The notes under the pieces: model-generated
Database searches by the model: none
Seen by the model: the letters and a program-made list of their open reading frames with translations, nothing else
What the model was told of the DNA's origin: nothing
Assembly: GCF_001194135.2 (NCBI RefSeq)
Contig: NC_068981.1
Span: 32,686,056-32,732,402, forward strand
DNA from: Octopus bimaculoides
Taxonomy: Eukaryota
Direction: 5' to 3'
Length of the DNA: 46,347 nt
Shown here: positions 36,100 through 46,347 of the stretch, piece after piece
Layout of the letters: each line of letters opens with the position of its first letter
Numbering within the stretch: position 1 is the stretch's first letter
Position numbers and translations under genes: made by a program

Positions 36100-37009
36100 A
36101 ATACACTCTTTGCAACAGTATTACTTTGTACTAGATTCTCTCTATTACATTTTCCAATAAATACAATTTTTGATGACGCAGACTACCACTTGTCTCAAAC
36201 ACACGCGCACACAACTTTATATATATATATATATATNNNNNNNNNNNNNNNNNNNNNNNNNNNNNNNNNNNNNNNNNNNNNNNNNNNNNNNNNNNNNNNN
36301 NNNNNNNNNNNNNNNNNNNNNNNNNNNNNNNNNNNNNNNNNNNNNNNNNNNNNNNNNNNNNNNNNNNNNNNNNNNNNNNNNNNNNNNNNNNNNNNNNNNN
36401 NNNNNNNNNNNNNNNNNNNNNNNNNNNNNNNNNNNNNNNNNNNNNNNNNNNNNNNNNNNNNNNNNNNNNNNNNNNNNNNNNNNNNNNNNNNNNNNNNNNN
36501 NNNNNNNNNNNNNNNNNNNNNNNNNNNNNNNNNNNNNNNNNNNNNNNNNNNNNNNNNNNNNNNNNNNNNNNNNNNNNNNNNNNNNNNNNNNNNNNNNNNN
36601 NNNNNNNNNNNNNNNNNNNNNNNNNNNNNNNNNNNNNNNNNNNNNNNNNNNNNNNNNNNNNNNNNNNNNNNNNNNNNNNNNNNNNNNNNNNNNNNNNNNN
36701 NNNNNNNNNNNNNNNNNNNNNNNNNNNNNNNNNNNNNNNNNNNNNNNNNNNNNNNNNNNNNNNNNNNNNNNNNNNNNNNNNNNNNATATATATATATATA
36801 TATAAAGCTTATAAGCGATCACGGTGCATTGACTAAGATAAATAGTCTAATATTGGGGCATATAAGCCTTGGACGGAAAAACTCGGGATTACCGTCCCAT
36901 ATGTACGGCAGCCTCTACTTTTTTTTCCGTCGAGGGCTTATATGCTCCAATATTAGACTATTTACAGATTGTAAAATTCGGCACCGCTTACCAAATAATC
37001 GCATACATA

Positions 37010-37079
<70 letters not shown>

Positions 37080-37106
37080 TGTTGTTGTAGTTGTAGTAGT
37101 AGTAGT
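37010..37106. repeat. (TAG)n microsatellite
   Basis: Direct reading. Confidence 0.95.
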
Positions 37107-37546
37107 AAATAAAATCTTAGGTAGGTCAGTGTATGCGAGTGTATATGTATACAAACACTTATGCATGTATGTATGTATGTATGTATGTATGCATGCATGT
37201 ATGTATGCACGCATGTACATGAAATGTATCAGTCTGCATTACAACGGTTTCAGATGTCTGTCTTTTTTTTTAATAATTTTTCGCCATTTAATTATCACAT
37301 TTGCTAATATAGAAGTGAGAAGATATCAGTGTAAACTAATTGATAACACAGTAATTGGGTAAATGGTAGGTATTTCAACAGTTACGTTGCGCTGTGAATT
37401 TGTTTTCGCTCCTTTATAGAAGCAACTCAAGATTTCTAATTTTTGCTGTTTTTCTTTGTAGAGGTGATGATGACGATGGTTGCAATGGTTGTGTTGATGG
37501 TGATGGTGTGATGACGTTAGCTGTAGTAGAGCAGCAGTAGCAGCAC

Positions 37547-37549
<3 letters not shown>

Positions 37550-37609
<60 letters not shown>

Positions 37610-38335
37610 GGGAGGAGGAAGAGGAAGAGGGGAGGAAGAAGAGGAGGAATAGGAGGAGGAATAGGAGGAGGAATAGGAGGAGGAATAGGAGGAGGAATAG
37701 GAGGAGTAGAAGGAGGAATAGGACGAAGGGGGTGAGGGAGGGGAGNNNNNNNNNNNNNNNNNNNNNNNNNNNNNNNNNNNNNNNNNNNNNNNNNNNNNNN
37801 NNNNNNNNNNNNNNNNNNNNNNNNNNNNNNNNNNNNNNNNNNNNNNNNNNNNNNNNNNNNNNNNNNNNNNNNNNNNNNNNNNNNNNNNNNNNNNNNNNNN
37901 NNNNNNNNNNNNNNNNNNNNNNNNNNNNNNNNNNNNNNNNNNNNNNNNNNNNGGGAAGAAGGGAAGGAAGAGGGGAGGAAGAGGAGGGAAAAAGAAGAGG
38001 AGCAGGAAAAGAGAAGGAAGAAGGGAAAGAAGATAGTGAAGAAAAGAAGGAGAAAGGGGAAATGGAGAGGACGAAGGAGGAAGAGGATGACGAGATCGAC
38101 GACGACGGAAGGAGGAGGACGAGGAGGAGGAGGAGGAGGACGACGACGACGACGACGAAAGAGGAGGACGAGATCGACGACGACGGAAGGAGGAGGAGGA
38201 GGACGACGACGACGATGACGACGAAAGAGGAGGACGAGATCGACGACGACGGAAGGAGGAGGACGAGGAGAAGGAGGACGTGGAGAAGGAGGACGAGGAG
38301 AAGGAGGACGACGAGGAGGAGGACGACGAGGAACT
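37550..38335. repeat. Compound purine-rich repeat: (TAG)n, (AGGAGGAAT)n, gap, then a GAC/GAG-based minisatellite
   Basis: Direct reading. The core gacgagatcgacgacgacggaagg occurs at 38089, 38167 and 38233. Confidence 0.9.
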
Positions 38336-41075
38336 TCAGTAGCAGAAGCAACTTGCTCAGACATAATTTGCTAAGCGTTTGGGTGCTAATAGTAATGTTG
38401 ATGCTAATGTTGATGTTAATGTTGTCTGTTGGTTGTTTCTCATAGAACTGGAATTGGTTATGAAGATGCTGGAAGTTGACAGCGATAACCTAAATGATGT
38501 TTGCGGAGGTGATGGTAGGGTGTGATTTTTTTTCCCTTAGCAGGAGATAATCATTGTTCATATGTCACCGCTTGCGATAGAAGTTCAAATTCTTAGTGAT
38601 GTTGTCAGTGAATAATAACGTTTGTTCTACAACTGGTGGTACTTGAACGTGTACTAGCAGCGCTCGTGGCGACATTGTTGATGGGACTGGGAATGTTGGT
38701 TTGTGGAGATGCAATTTCTGGAGGATATAATAGTGTTGCTAATAATATTGTAACTCATGTTCCAAACCTACGACACACCGTATGTATAACATTATCCAAT
38801 GCGTCCTTTTCTTTTCTGTTTTTTTTTTTTTAAGAAAGCTTATGAGTTGAGGGAAATATTAGGTTTTCAGTCAAGCAAACGAGTCATCAACGTGGTTGTT
38901 AATGGCTTTGGTGACGTTGTCGATTGCGTTGTTGGCGACTCAGTTTTATGTTGTTAGTAATGTTAAAGCTATTGCGCGTCTTTGTTCAATGTAATTGTCA
39001 TCGTGGCGTGGTAGTATAAGCAAATATGCCGTTTATTGTTGATTTGTTTCCGCATTCATAGACTGACAGAATCTGTATTGTCCAAAACCAACCAGAGTTG
39101 AATTTGTCTTTCGTCGTTTTTCGTTCGGTGAAATCGGTGCCTTTCAAGTTCTAGAGTAAAATTATACAGCGCGCCCAACAAAAAACTGTTATCTTTTGAC
39201 GATACAAGAAATCATCATCGTCGTCTTCGTCGTCTTTGGTGTTATGTTCGTATTTGGTATGAGCTTACGCGTTCATTTCATGCTCTCTCTCTCTCTCTCC
39301 ACATATATATATGCATATGTATATTTATCTCTCTCTTTCCCTCTCTCTCACTTTCTCTTTCTCTCTTTCTATCGCTCTCCATTTTCTCTCTCTCTCTCCT
39401 CTTGGATTTAATACGTTAATACTTGATGGGAAAAAAGATTTTTTCGGGATATTTTAACGATAACTTCACATATGAACATTGCAGTGGCCACTTATGTTTG
39501 TCTTTGAACAATTTTTTTATTTCCATACTCTGTAAACTGTGGTTAATGAAGACCTATGATGGCTTTTCAGGGACTAGCAAGAAGAGGTGATAAACATTTT
39601 GCTACTAGTACTAGTTTAAACGAATACGCTTCCATATATAACCTTATGAAAAAATACTCACATAGAACGAAAATAGGGACACTGAAAAAAGAAACAACGA
39701 CATCGAACGAACAGAAAAATCAAACATTACAAATGGAAAGAAATAATCTTTCGCAAAAAAACTCAATAATATTAATTTTGTCCTGTGTGGAGAATAACTA
39801 AGTATGTTGAAGGACACAGCATAGCTCGAAGAAAAATGAATACATGATGGAAGCGTGTGACGAAAAGCAGTGCTTTCACACATGCAGAAAGGCGAAAAAA
39901 CATCTTTTACAGCTATAAAAGGAGGACTTTTTTTACTTGCCTTAAATTATATAAAAACAGCTGCAGAGTGGTGTAGCCGATGCGTAGAACAATGCGGTTT
40001 CCATCGATTGTGCAAGATGATAGTAGTGTTTTCCTGGTTGTCAATCCAAAGGAGAGGCGATGCGACATGCCGTTTTGCTGCGCTGTGCACTCTTCCTTGT
40101 CGTATATCGCAATATCTGAGCCAACACAAAATAGGGATACTATCAGTGGCATTTCCAGTAACGCTGACTCTGGCTCATGGTCATTCTTGTAGCGCTGTGT
40201 ACGCAGGTTGAGCAGGTTGTCCCGAGACAACTAACCAGAAGTTAATATGAGATTACTAGTTCTATCTCCTGAAAACTGCTGGGCCCATTCAGATTTCGGT
40301 CTATTGTGGATGCAGAGACAAAGGGATGAGGATAGGAATGCACGCAAAAGACCTATGCGTTATATTTGTGAAGAATAAAAGCCATTTGAGAGTTTTTGTC
40401 CCTAGAAACTAGAAACACAATAGAGAGGGAACAAGAGAAAGAGAGATGTTCTCTGCAATAGAGTCGCCAGCAACAGAGCAGGTCTTGAAAATCGTCATGA
40501 AAAACATAAAAACTCGAAAACCAGAGGACTCCTCACCACACCATAACTAGTAGTGTCAGCCTATTTTCATGTAATAATGGCGAAGACACGAAGATCGGGC
40601 AAGGGAAACTGATGTCAGTACAAAAAGCAGAAAGTAGGAAAAGACTTCGTAAAAGAATAACCAAGTCTAAGTGAAAGACTGCTAGTGAAAACCAACTTAC
40701 AGGACTATGAACTCTGATACCTTAACTATCCTGAGAATGCAGGACCTCTCTTAAGCACTCCGACACTTGAATTGCTCACATGGCTTTGCTAGGGCCAAGG
40801 ATTTTCAGTACTTGGATGTAGGTTACATGAAAGTGGATGGTAGTCATGATCGTAGGCACCTGATCAAACCCAGATGCCTACTCCTCATCCATATGCGTGT
40901 GAATAACACTATTTGTTTTGCATTTTTATGATTTCATTTGATTAAAGATATGTCCTTATATATTTAATTAACTGTGCGGTTAAAAATACTTATTGTCTTA
41001 ATATATTGCATAACGTCTTTTGTAACACCTTATTCTATTTCAGAATGGGTCATTGTGGCACAAAAAAAGAAAGCA

Positions 41076-41076
<1 letters not shown>

Positions 41077-41125
<49 letters not shown>

Positions 41126-41142
41126 GTTATTGTTGTTGTTGC

Positions 41143-41212
<70 letters not shown>
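41077..41212. repeat. (ATT)n microsatellite with a short GTT patch
   Basis: Direct reading. Confidence 0.95.
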
Positions 41213-41214
<2 letters not shown>

Positions 41215-41405
41215 GGCGGCGAGCTGGCAGAACCGTTAGCACTCCGGGCAAAATGTTACGTTCTGAGTTCAAATTCTGCCGAATTCGACTTTGCCTTTCA
41301 TCATTTTGGGGTCGATAAATTAAGTATCAGTTGAGTAATGGGGTCGACGTAATCGACTGTACCCCTCCCTCCAAATTTCAGGCCTTGTACCTATAATAGA
41401 AAGCA
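41213..41405 (+). mobile_element. SINE family B with a short deletion in the head, tail type 1
   Basis: aaggcggcgagctggcagaaccgttagcactccgggcaaaatg joined to ttacgttctgagttcaaattc...ggccttgtacctataatagaaag. (ATT)n on both sides. Confidence 0.88.
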
Positions 41406-41578
41406 TTATTATTATTATTATTATTATTATTATCATTATTATTATTATTATGGACAAATTTATTTTTTGAACCCGTTGACAAGATGTCAAAATATCGTTC
41501 ACTAGATAACAATGGCACTCTTCTTTTAATTTTGACTCTATATCTTCAGGAGGAGTTACCTCAATCCTTTCTATATTA

Positions 41579-41618
<40 letters not shown>

Positions 41619-41625
41619 CATCATT

Positions 41626-41661
<36 letters not shown>

Positions 41662-42312
41662 TTTGACATACTCAGCTATAACTCACCAGCTGCTCACTTC
41701 TCGTAAACTAAGGTGGTACGTCCTTTTCAAGTCTCGATTACTTTGCTGAGACAGCATTCTAGATGCTATCTATTTTCATTTTTACTCCTATCTTTACCAA
41801 CCAATTATTGCTTTCTTTGCTTACTGTAACTTCAGCATCAACAATTATTAGCACCATATACACTCTTTTCATTGACCATAGTTTTATTATTTACTTTGTT
41901 TTTGTTTTTTTTTGTTCTGTTTTGTTTCTCTCTTCAGAGGATTACATCTTGTCAGTTTGTCTCCTTTTTGCGGTGATTCTGCCGCCTTCGAGACAAGCAG
42001 CGTCTATGATCAGGCACGATTTTAATTCCCAATTATTATTACCATTATCGTTAGTGTCGTTGTTGTTGTTGTTGTTGCTGTTGTAGTTGTTGCTGTTGTT
42101 ATTGTTGTTGTTGCTGTAGTTGTTTCTATTGCTATTGTTCCGTTGGACACTCTATTGTAAGTGTTATTTATGAGAAACAGAGATATAGTGTTGGAAAAGG
42201 AAGATCAACATTATTGTTATCATCATAATCATCATCGCCGTCTTCATTATGATTAATATTATTGATATTTTATTTCTATTGTTATTGTTGTTATCAGTTT
42301 ATAGGAGTAATA

Positions 42313-42713
42313 GGCGTAGGAGTGGCTGTGTGGTAAGTAGCTTGCTTACGAGCCACATGGTTCCGGGTTCAGTCCCACTGCGTGGCACCTTGGGCAAGTG
42401 TCTTCTACTAGAGCCATGTGAGTGGATTTGGTAGACGGAAACTGAAAGAAGCCCGTCATATATATGTATATATATATATGTATGTGTGTGTATGTTTGTG
42501 TGTCTGTGTTTGTACCTCCAACATCGCTTGACAACCGATGCTGGTCTGTTTATGTCCCCGTAACATAGCGGTTAGGCCAAAGACACCGATAGAATAAGTA
42601 CTAGGCTTACAAAGAATAAGTCCTGGGGTCGATTTGCTCGACTAAAGGTGGTGCTCCAGCATGACCACTGTCAAATGACTGAAACAAGTAAAAATATAAA
42701 AGAGTAAAAGAGT
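42313..42713 (+). mobile_element. SINE family A, full length
   Basis: ggcgtaggagtggctgtgtggtaagtagcttgctt...ggttccgggttcagtccc...ggcaccttgggcaagtgtcttctact...gactgaaacaagtaaaa. Confidence 0.92.
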
Positions 42714-42984
42714 ATTCTACAGGGTGCTCGTTCGACTTCTGTCAACCTGAATCGAGCACAAGGATTAACACACCACATAAACTGTGAAGATTAGGATGGG
42801 TGTGACGTTATTTAATAGTTATGTATTACAAAACTATATATAATTGAGGTCATCGTTCGCTATAAGAATGTTGTCGCCTTTTGAAAAGCCAAGTCAACAC
42901 AAAATGCAAAGCAGCACTAAAAAGATTATTTCGAGATGCTCGATCTTAACCGAATTATATAAAACACCACTGCCAGTCATTTAA

Positions 42985-43360
42985 TTATTTTAATGCTGAC
43001 TGAGGTTTTATTTTATCCACAACGGAAGGACGAAAAGCAATGCAAACTTCCATGTGATTTGAATACAGAATATTAAAGATCAGTAGCTGAATATCACAAT
43101 GCACTTTGCTCGATCTTCTAACTAGTTCACTGCCTTAAAACATTCTGTTAACTAATAGCTAACTGATGATCCTTTTAATCTGGGGTACGGAGCCAGCAAC
43201 TTCGAGGGAACCCAGTGCTCAACTGATACTTATTTTATTTACAACGATAGCATGAAAAGCCAAGTCAACACAGGTGGTATTTGAACTAAGAACGTAAAAC
43301 CAGAATAAATACCGCTAAGCATTTTCTTCGTCGTGCTAGCGATTCTGCCAGCTCGCAACC
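42985..43360 (-). mobile_element. Two old, diverged SINE family B copies (about 42985-43125 and 43170-43360)
   Basis: ttttatccacaacggaaggacgaaaagc...gatttgaatacagaa and cccagtgctcaactgatacttatttt...catgaaaagccaagtcaac...tttgaactaagaacgtaaa...gattctgccagctcgc. Confidence 0.6.
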
Positions 43361-43595
43361 CTGCTTCTAGCTGCTAATGGTATCATTTAATCATCGTTTA
43401 ATACAATTTTCCTATAACCTCCCAGAGCATCTTTTCAATTCCCGTCTTTTCAACTTCCCCTATCATACGATATCATTTGGTTTTAATATCATTTTCTACA
43501 AGCTACTCAAAATTCACACAAATAATACTTTAACAGTTTCGTATATTTTGCCATGTATCCGATACATTCATTATCTAATTGACTTTTGTTATTAT

Positions 43596-43780
43596 TCTTT
43601 TCTACTCAAGGCACAAGGCCCGAAATTATGGGGGAGGGGCCCAGTCGATTAGATCGACTGGTACTTAATTTATCGACCCCGAAAGGATGAAAGGCAATGT
43701 CGACCTCGGCGGAATTTGAACTCAGAGCGTAAAGGTAGACGAAATATCGCTAAGCATTTCGCCCAGCCTGCAAACGTTTC
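43596..43780 (-). mobile_element. SINE family B, tail type 1, head clipped
   Basis: tctactcaaggcacaaggcccgaaat...atcgaccccgaaaggatgaaaggcaatgtcgacctcggcggaatttgaactcag...aagcatttcgcccagcctgcaaacgtttct. Confidence 0.9.
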
Positions 43781-44015
43781 TTATTTCTTTATTGCCCACA
43801 AGGGACTACACACAGAGGGGACAAACAATGACAGACACACGGATTAAATCGATTATATCGACCCCAGTGCGTCACTGGTACTTATTTAATCGACCCCGTA
43901 ATGATGGAAGGCAAAGTCGACTTCGGCGGAATTTGAACTCAGAACGTAAAGACAGGCGAAATACCGTTAAGCATTTCGCCCGGCTTGCTAACGTTTCTGC
44001 CAGCTCACTGCCTTG
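43781..44015 (-). mobile_element. SINE family B, tail type 2, full length
   Basis: tatttctttattgcccacaaggg...gaggggacaaac...tcgaccccagtgcgtcactggtacttatttaatcgacccc...gctaacgtttctgccagctcactgcctt. Confidence 0.9.
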
Positions 44016-44695
44016 ACTTTTGCCTTTATTAACAAGTTGATTTTCTAATTGCTTATTATTGTGCAGCAGTTATCAAAGGTTATGCTTCCTTCCTTAGTGT
44101 CCATACTTTTAGTCAAGTTTAATTGTTCCTTTACTATATATTTTACTTGCCTAAAATCTGCTCATGCAACATTTTACTTTTAGTATTCAATACTCTCTTT
44201 TTTATTCAGTGTGCACTTTTTTAACACTCACCTCCCGATAGAATAATTGGCCTCGTGCCTATATCAAAATCAATATATACTTCACATAAATGTGATAAAC
44301 TGAGTTAATATACATTTCCCTTATCAGAAGATGCATCGATAGCTGATTACAACTAATATAGATCATTATTCGATGTCATTAACATATTTAGATGAAAGAT
44401 ATAGCAGGTTTGTTGCGGCTATCTTATAAATTGGTTATTCGTGTTCTAATAAAAGTTAACTTTTCTTTAGATTATCGAAGTGTTATCTGCTCTGACCGAG
44501 GTCAAAGTGTAATTACTGTGATCGATCTGTGTTTAATTCAGAAAACTTATCTCTTACTAAGTGACAATTGAATAATGTAAAACGGTGTAGTGTCATATAT
44601 ATATACAATATAAAAAAAGAGAGAGGAGGAGGGGAGAGAGAGAGGGAGGAGGAGGGGAGAGAGAGATAGAGAGAAATAGATCGCTGAATAGATAG

Positions 44696-44771
44696 ATGCA
44701 TACATATATATGTGCGTGTCTGTTTGTATGCATATGTGCACACACGCACTCACATGCACACATACATATAT

Positions 44772-44828
<57 letters not shown>
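44696..44828. repeat. CA/TA-rich simple repeat running into (AT)n and a gap. Similar degenerate CA/TA repeats at 19455-19895, 23097-23195 and 45890-46090
   Basis: Direct reading. Confidence 0.9.
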
Positions 44829-46347
44829 NNNNNNNNNNNNNNNNNNNNNNNNNNNNNNNNNNNNNNNNNNNNNNNNNNNNNNNNNNNNNNNNNNNNNNNN
44901 NNNNNNNNNNNNNNNNNNNNNNNNNNNNNNNNNNNNNNNNNNNNNNNNNNNNNNNNNNNNNNNNNNNNNNNNNNNNNNNNNNNNNNNNNNNNNNNNNNNN
45001 NNNNNNNNNNNNNNNNNNNNNNNNNNNNNNNNNNNNNNNNNNNNNNNNNNNNNNNNNNNNNNNNNNNNNNNNNNNNNNNNNNNNNNNNNNNNNNNNNNNN
45101 NNNNNNNNNNNNNNNNNNNNNNNNNNNNNNNNNNNNNNNNNNNNNNNNNNNNNNNNNNNNNNNNNNNNNNNNNNNNNNNNNNNNNNNNNNNNNNNNNNNN
45201 NNNNNNNNNNNNNNNNNNNNNNNNNNNNNNNNNNNNNNNNNNNNNNNNNNNNNNNNNNNNNNNNNNNNNNNNNNNNNNNNNNNNNNNNNNNNNNNNNNNN
45301 NNNNNNNNNNNNNNNNNNNNNNNNNNNNNNNNNNNNNNNNNNNNNNNNNNNNNNNNNNNNNNNNNNNNNNNNNNNNNNNNNNNNNNNNNNNNNNNNNNNN
45401 NNNNNNNNNNNNNNNNNNNNNNNNNNNNNNNNNNNNNNNNNNNNNNNNNNNNNNNNNNNNNNNNNNNNNNNNNNNNNNNNNNNNNNNNNNNNNNNNNNNN
45501 NNNNNNNNNNNNNNNNNNNNNNNNNNNNNNNNNNNNNNNNNNNNNNNNNNNNNNNNNNNNNNNNNNNNNNNNNNNNNNNNNNNNNNNNNNNNNNNNNNNN
45601 NNNNNNNNNNNNNNNNNNNNNNNNNNNNNNNNNNNNNNNNNNNNNNNNNNNNNNNNNNNNNNNNNNNNNNNNNNNNNNNNNNNNNNNNNNNNNNNNNNNN
45701 NNNNNNNNNNNNNNNNNNNNNNNNNNNNNNNNNNNNNNNNNNNNNNNNNNNNNNNNNNNNNNNNNNNNNNNNNNNNNNNNNNNNNNNNNNNNNNNNNNNN
45801 NNNNNNNNNNNNATATAAGCTGTAATTTTTGTATAATTATGTATTGTTAATATAACACATACGTTTGCCCATATATGCACTTGTGCCACGCTTCTCGTGT
45901 ATACATATGTATTACTCTATATGTGCACGGACACCGAACTCCCCACACACACCCACACACGGGTACACGCGTGCGCATGCGGACGCATACATACAAACAT
46001 ACATATACACACACTTACACACATGCAAATACACATACAAATGTATATATATATGTACGTACACATAAACGTATATATATATATATATTATTTTATTTAA
46101 AAGAGTTCCAACTCTGTCTGATTTTTTATGTTTTTTATTTATATTCTTGTAAAATTTATGTGGGATATAGAATATGGAATATATAATATATAATATATAA
46201 TATATAATATAAAAAAAAGATGGATGGTACAATGAAATGAAGTATTGAATGTCTTATTGAATATATGGAATATGTCTTATTGAATATATGAAATATTGAG
46301 TATTCAATATAAAGGATTAAATATATAAATATATAAAGGCGAATACG

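Noticed and set aside
37326-38445. Arg/Glu/Asp- or Pro/Ser-rich ORFs resembling protamine, reflectin or mucin
   Set aside because: They come entirely from triplet repeats, are open on both strands, span a gap, and have no credible start or splice context.
40480-40900. Possible RTE-type LINE 3' remnant (similar hint at 350-550, minus strand)
   Set aside because: Only vague G..RGR-like traces. Too decayed to call.
4540-45889. Long ORFs of 200-400 aa in the ORF track (for example 4597..5838, 19409..20656, 32966..33937, 36190..37362, 44696..45850)
   Set aside because: They are open only because they run through N-gaps and dinucleotide repeats.
808-46232. Many short low-complexity ORFs (poly-CV, YI, HT, LS, poly-L/Y/N/I)
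   Set aside because: They are translations of microsatellites with no coding signal.
1-46347. CRISPR arrays, rRNA, operons or other prokaryotic or viral systems
   Set aside because: No regularly spaced repeat-spacer arrays and no gene-dense segment. The dispersed repeats are SINE copies.

Overview
AT-rich eukaryotic (animal) genomic DNA from a draft assembly, with nine large N-gaps that nearly all border microsatellites. It is dominated by simple repeats, about 20 tRNA-headed SINE copies of three modular families, decayed LINE fragments (Tx1/L1-like, R4/Dong-like, CR1/L2-like) and two Tc1/mariner MITEs. The SINE types and microsatellite density suggest a cephalopod (octopus-like) genome, which is an inference. 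No intact protein-coding gene can be supported. Almost all supplied ORFs are microsatellite or gap artefacts, and only a few candidate host exons are noted at low confidence. The most informative region is 30.4-32.5 kb, a nest of Penelope-like elements (PLEs) from two different clades, each with an inverted 5' segment. It contains three hammerhead-ribozyme-like motifs, two of them with a non-canonical CCGANGA core. One PLE carries a tRNA-like Pol III promoter cassette in its 3' region directly upstream of a hammerhead remnant. A fourth, canonical-core minimal hammerhead lies at about 36.07 kb. The Tx1-like element at 8.5-11.5 kb is a head-to-tail chimera of two diverged copies.
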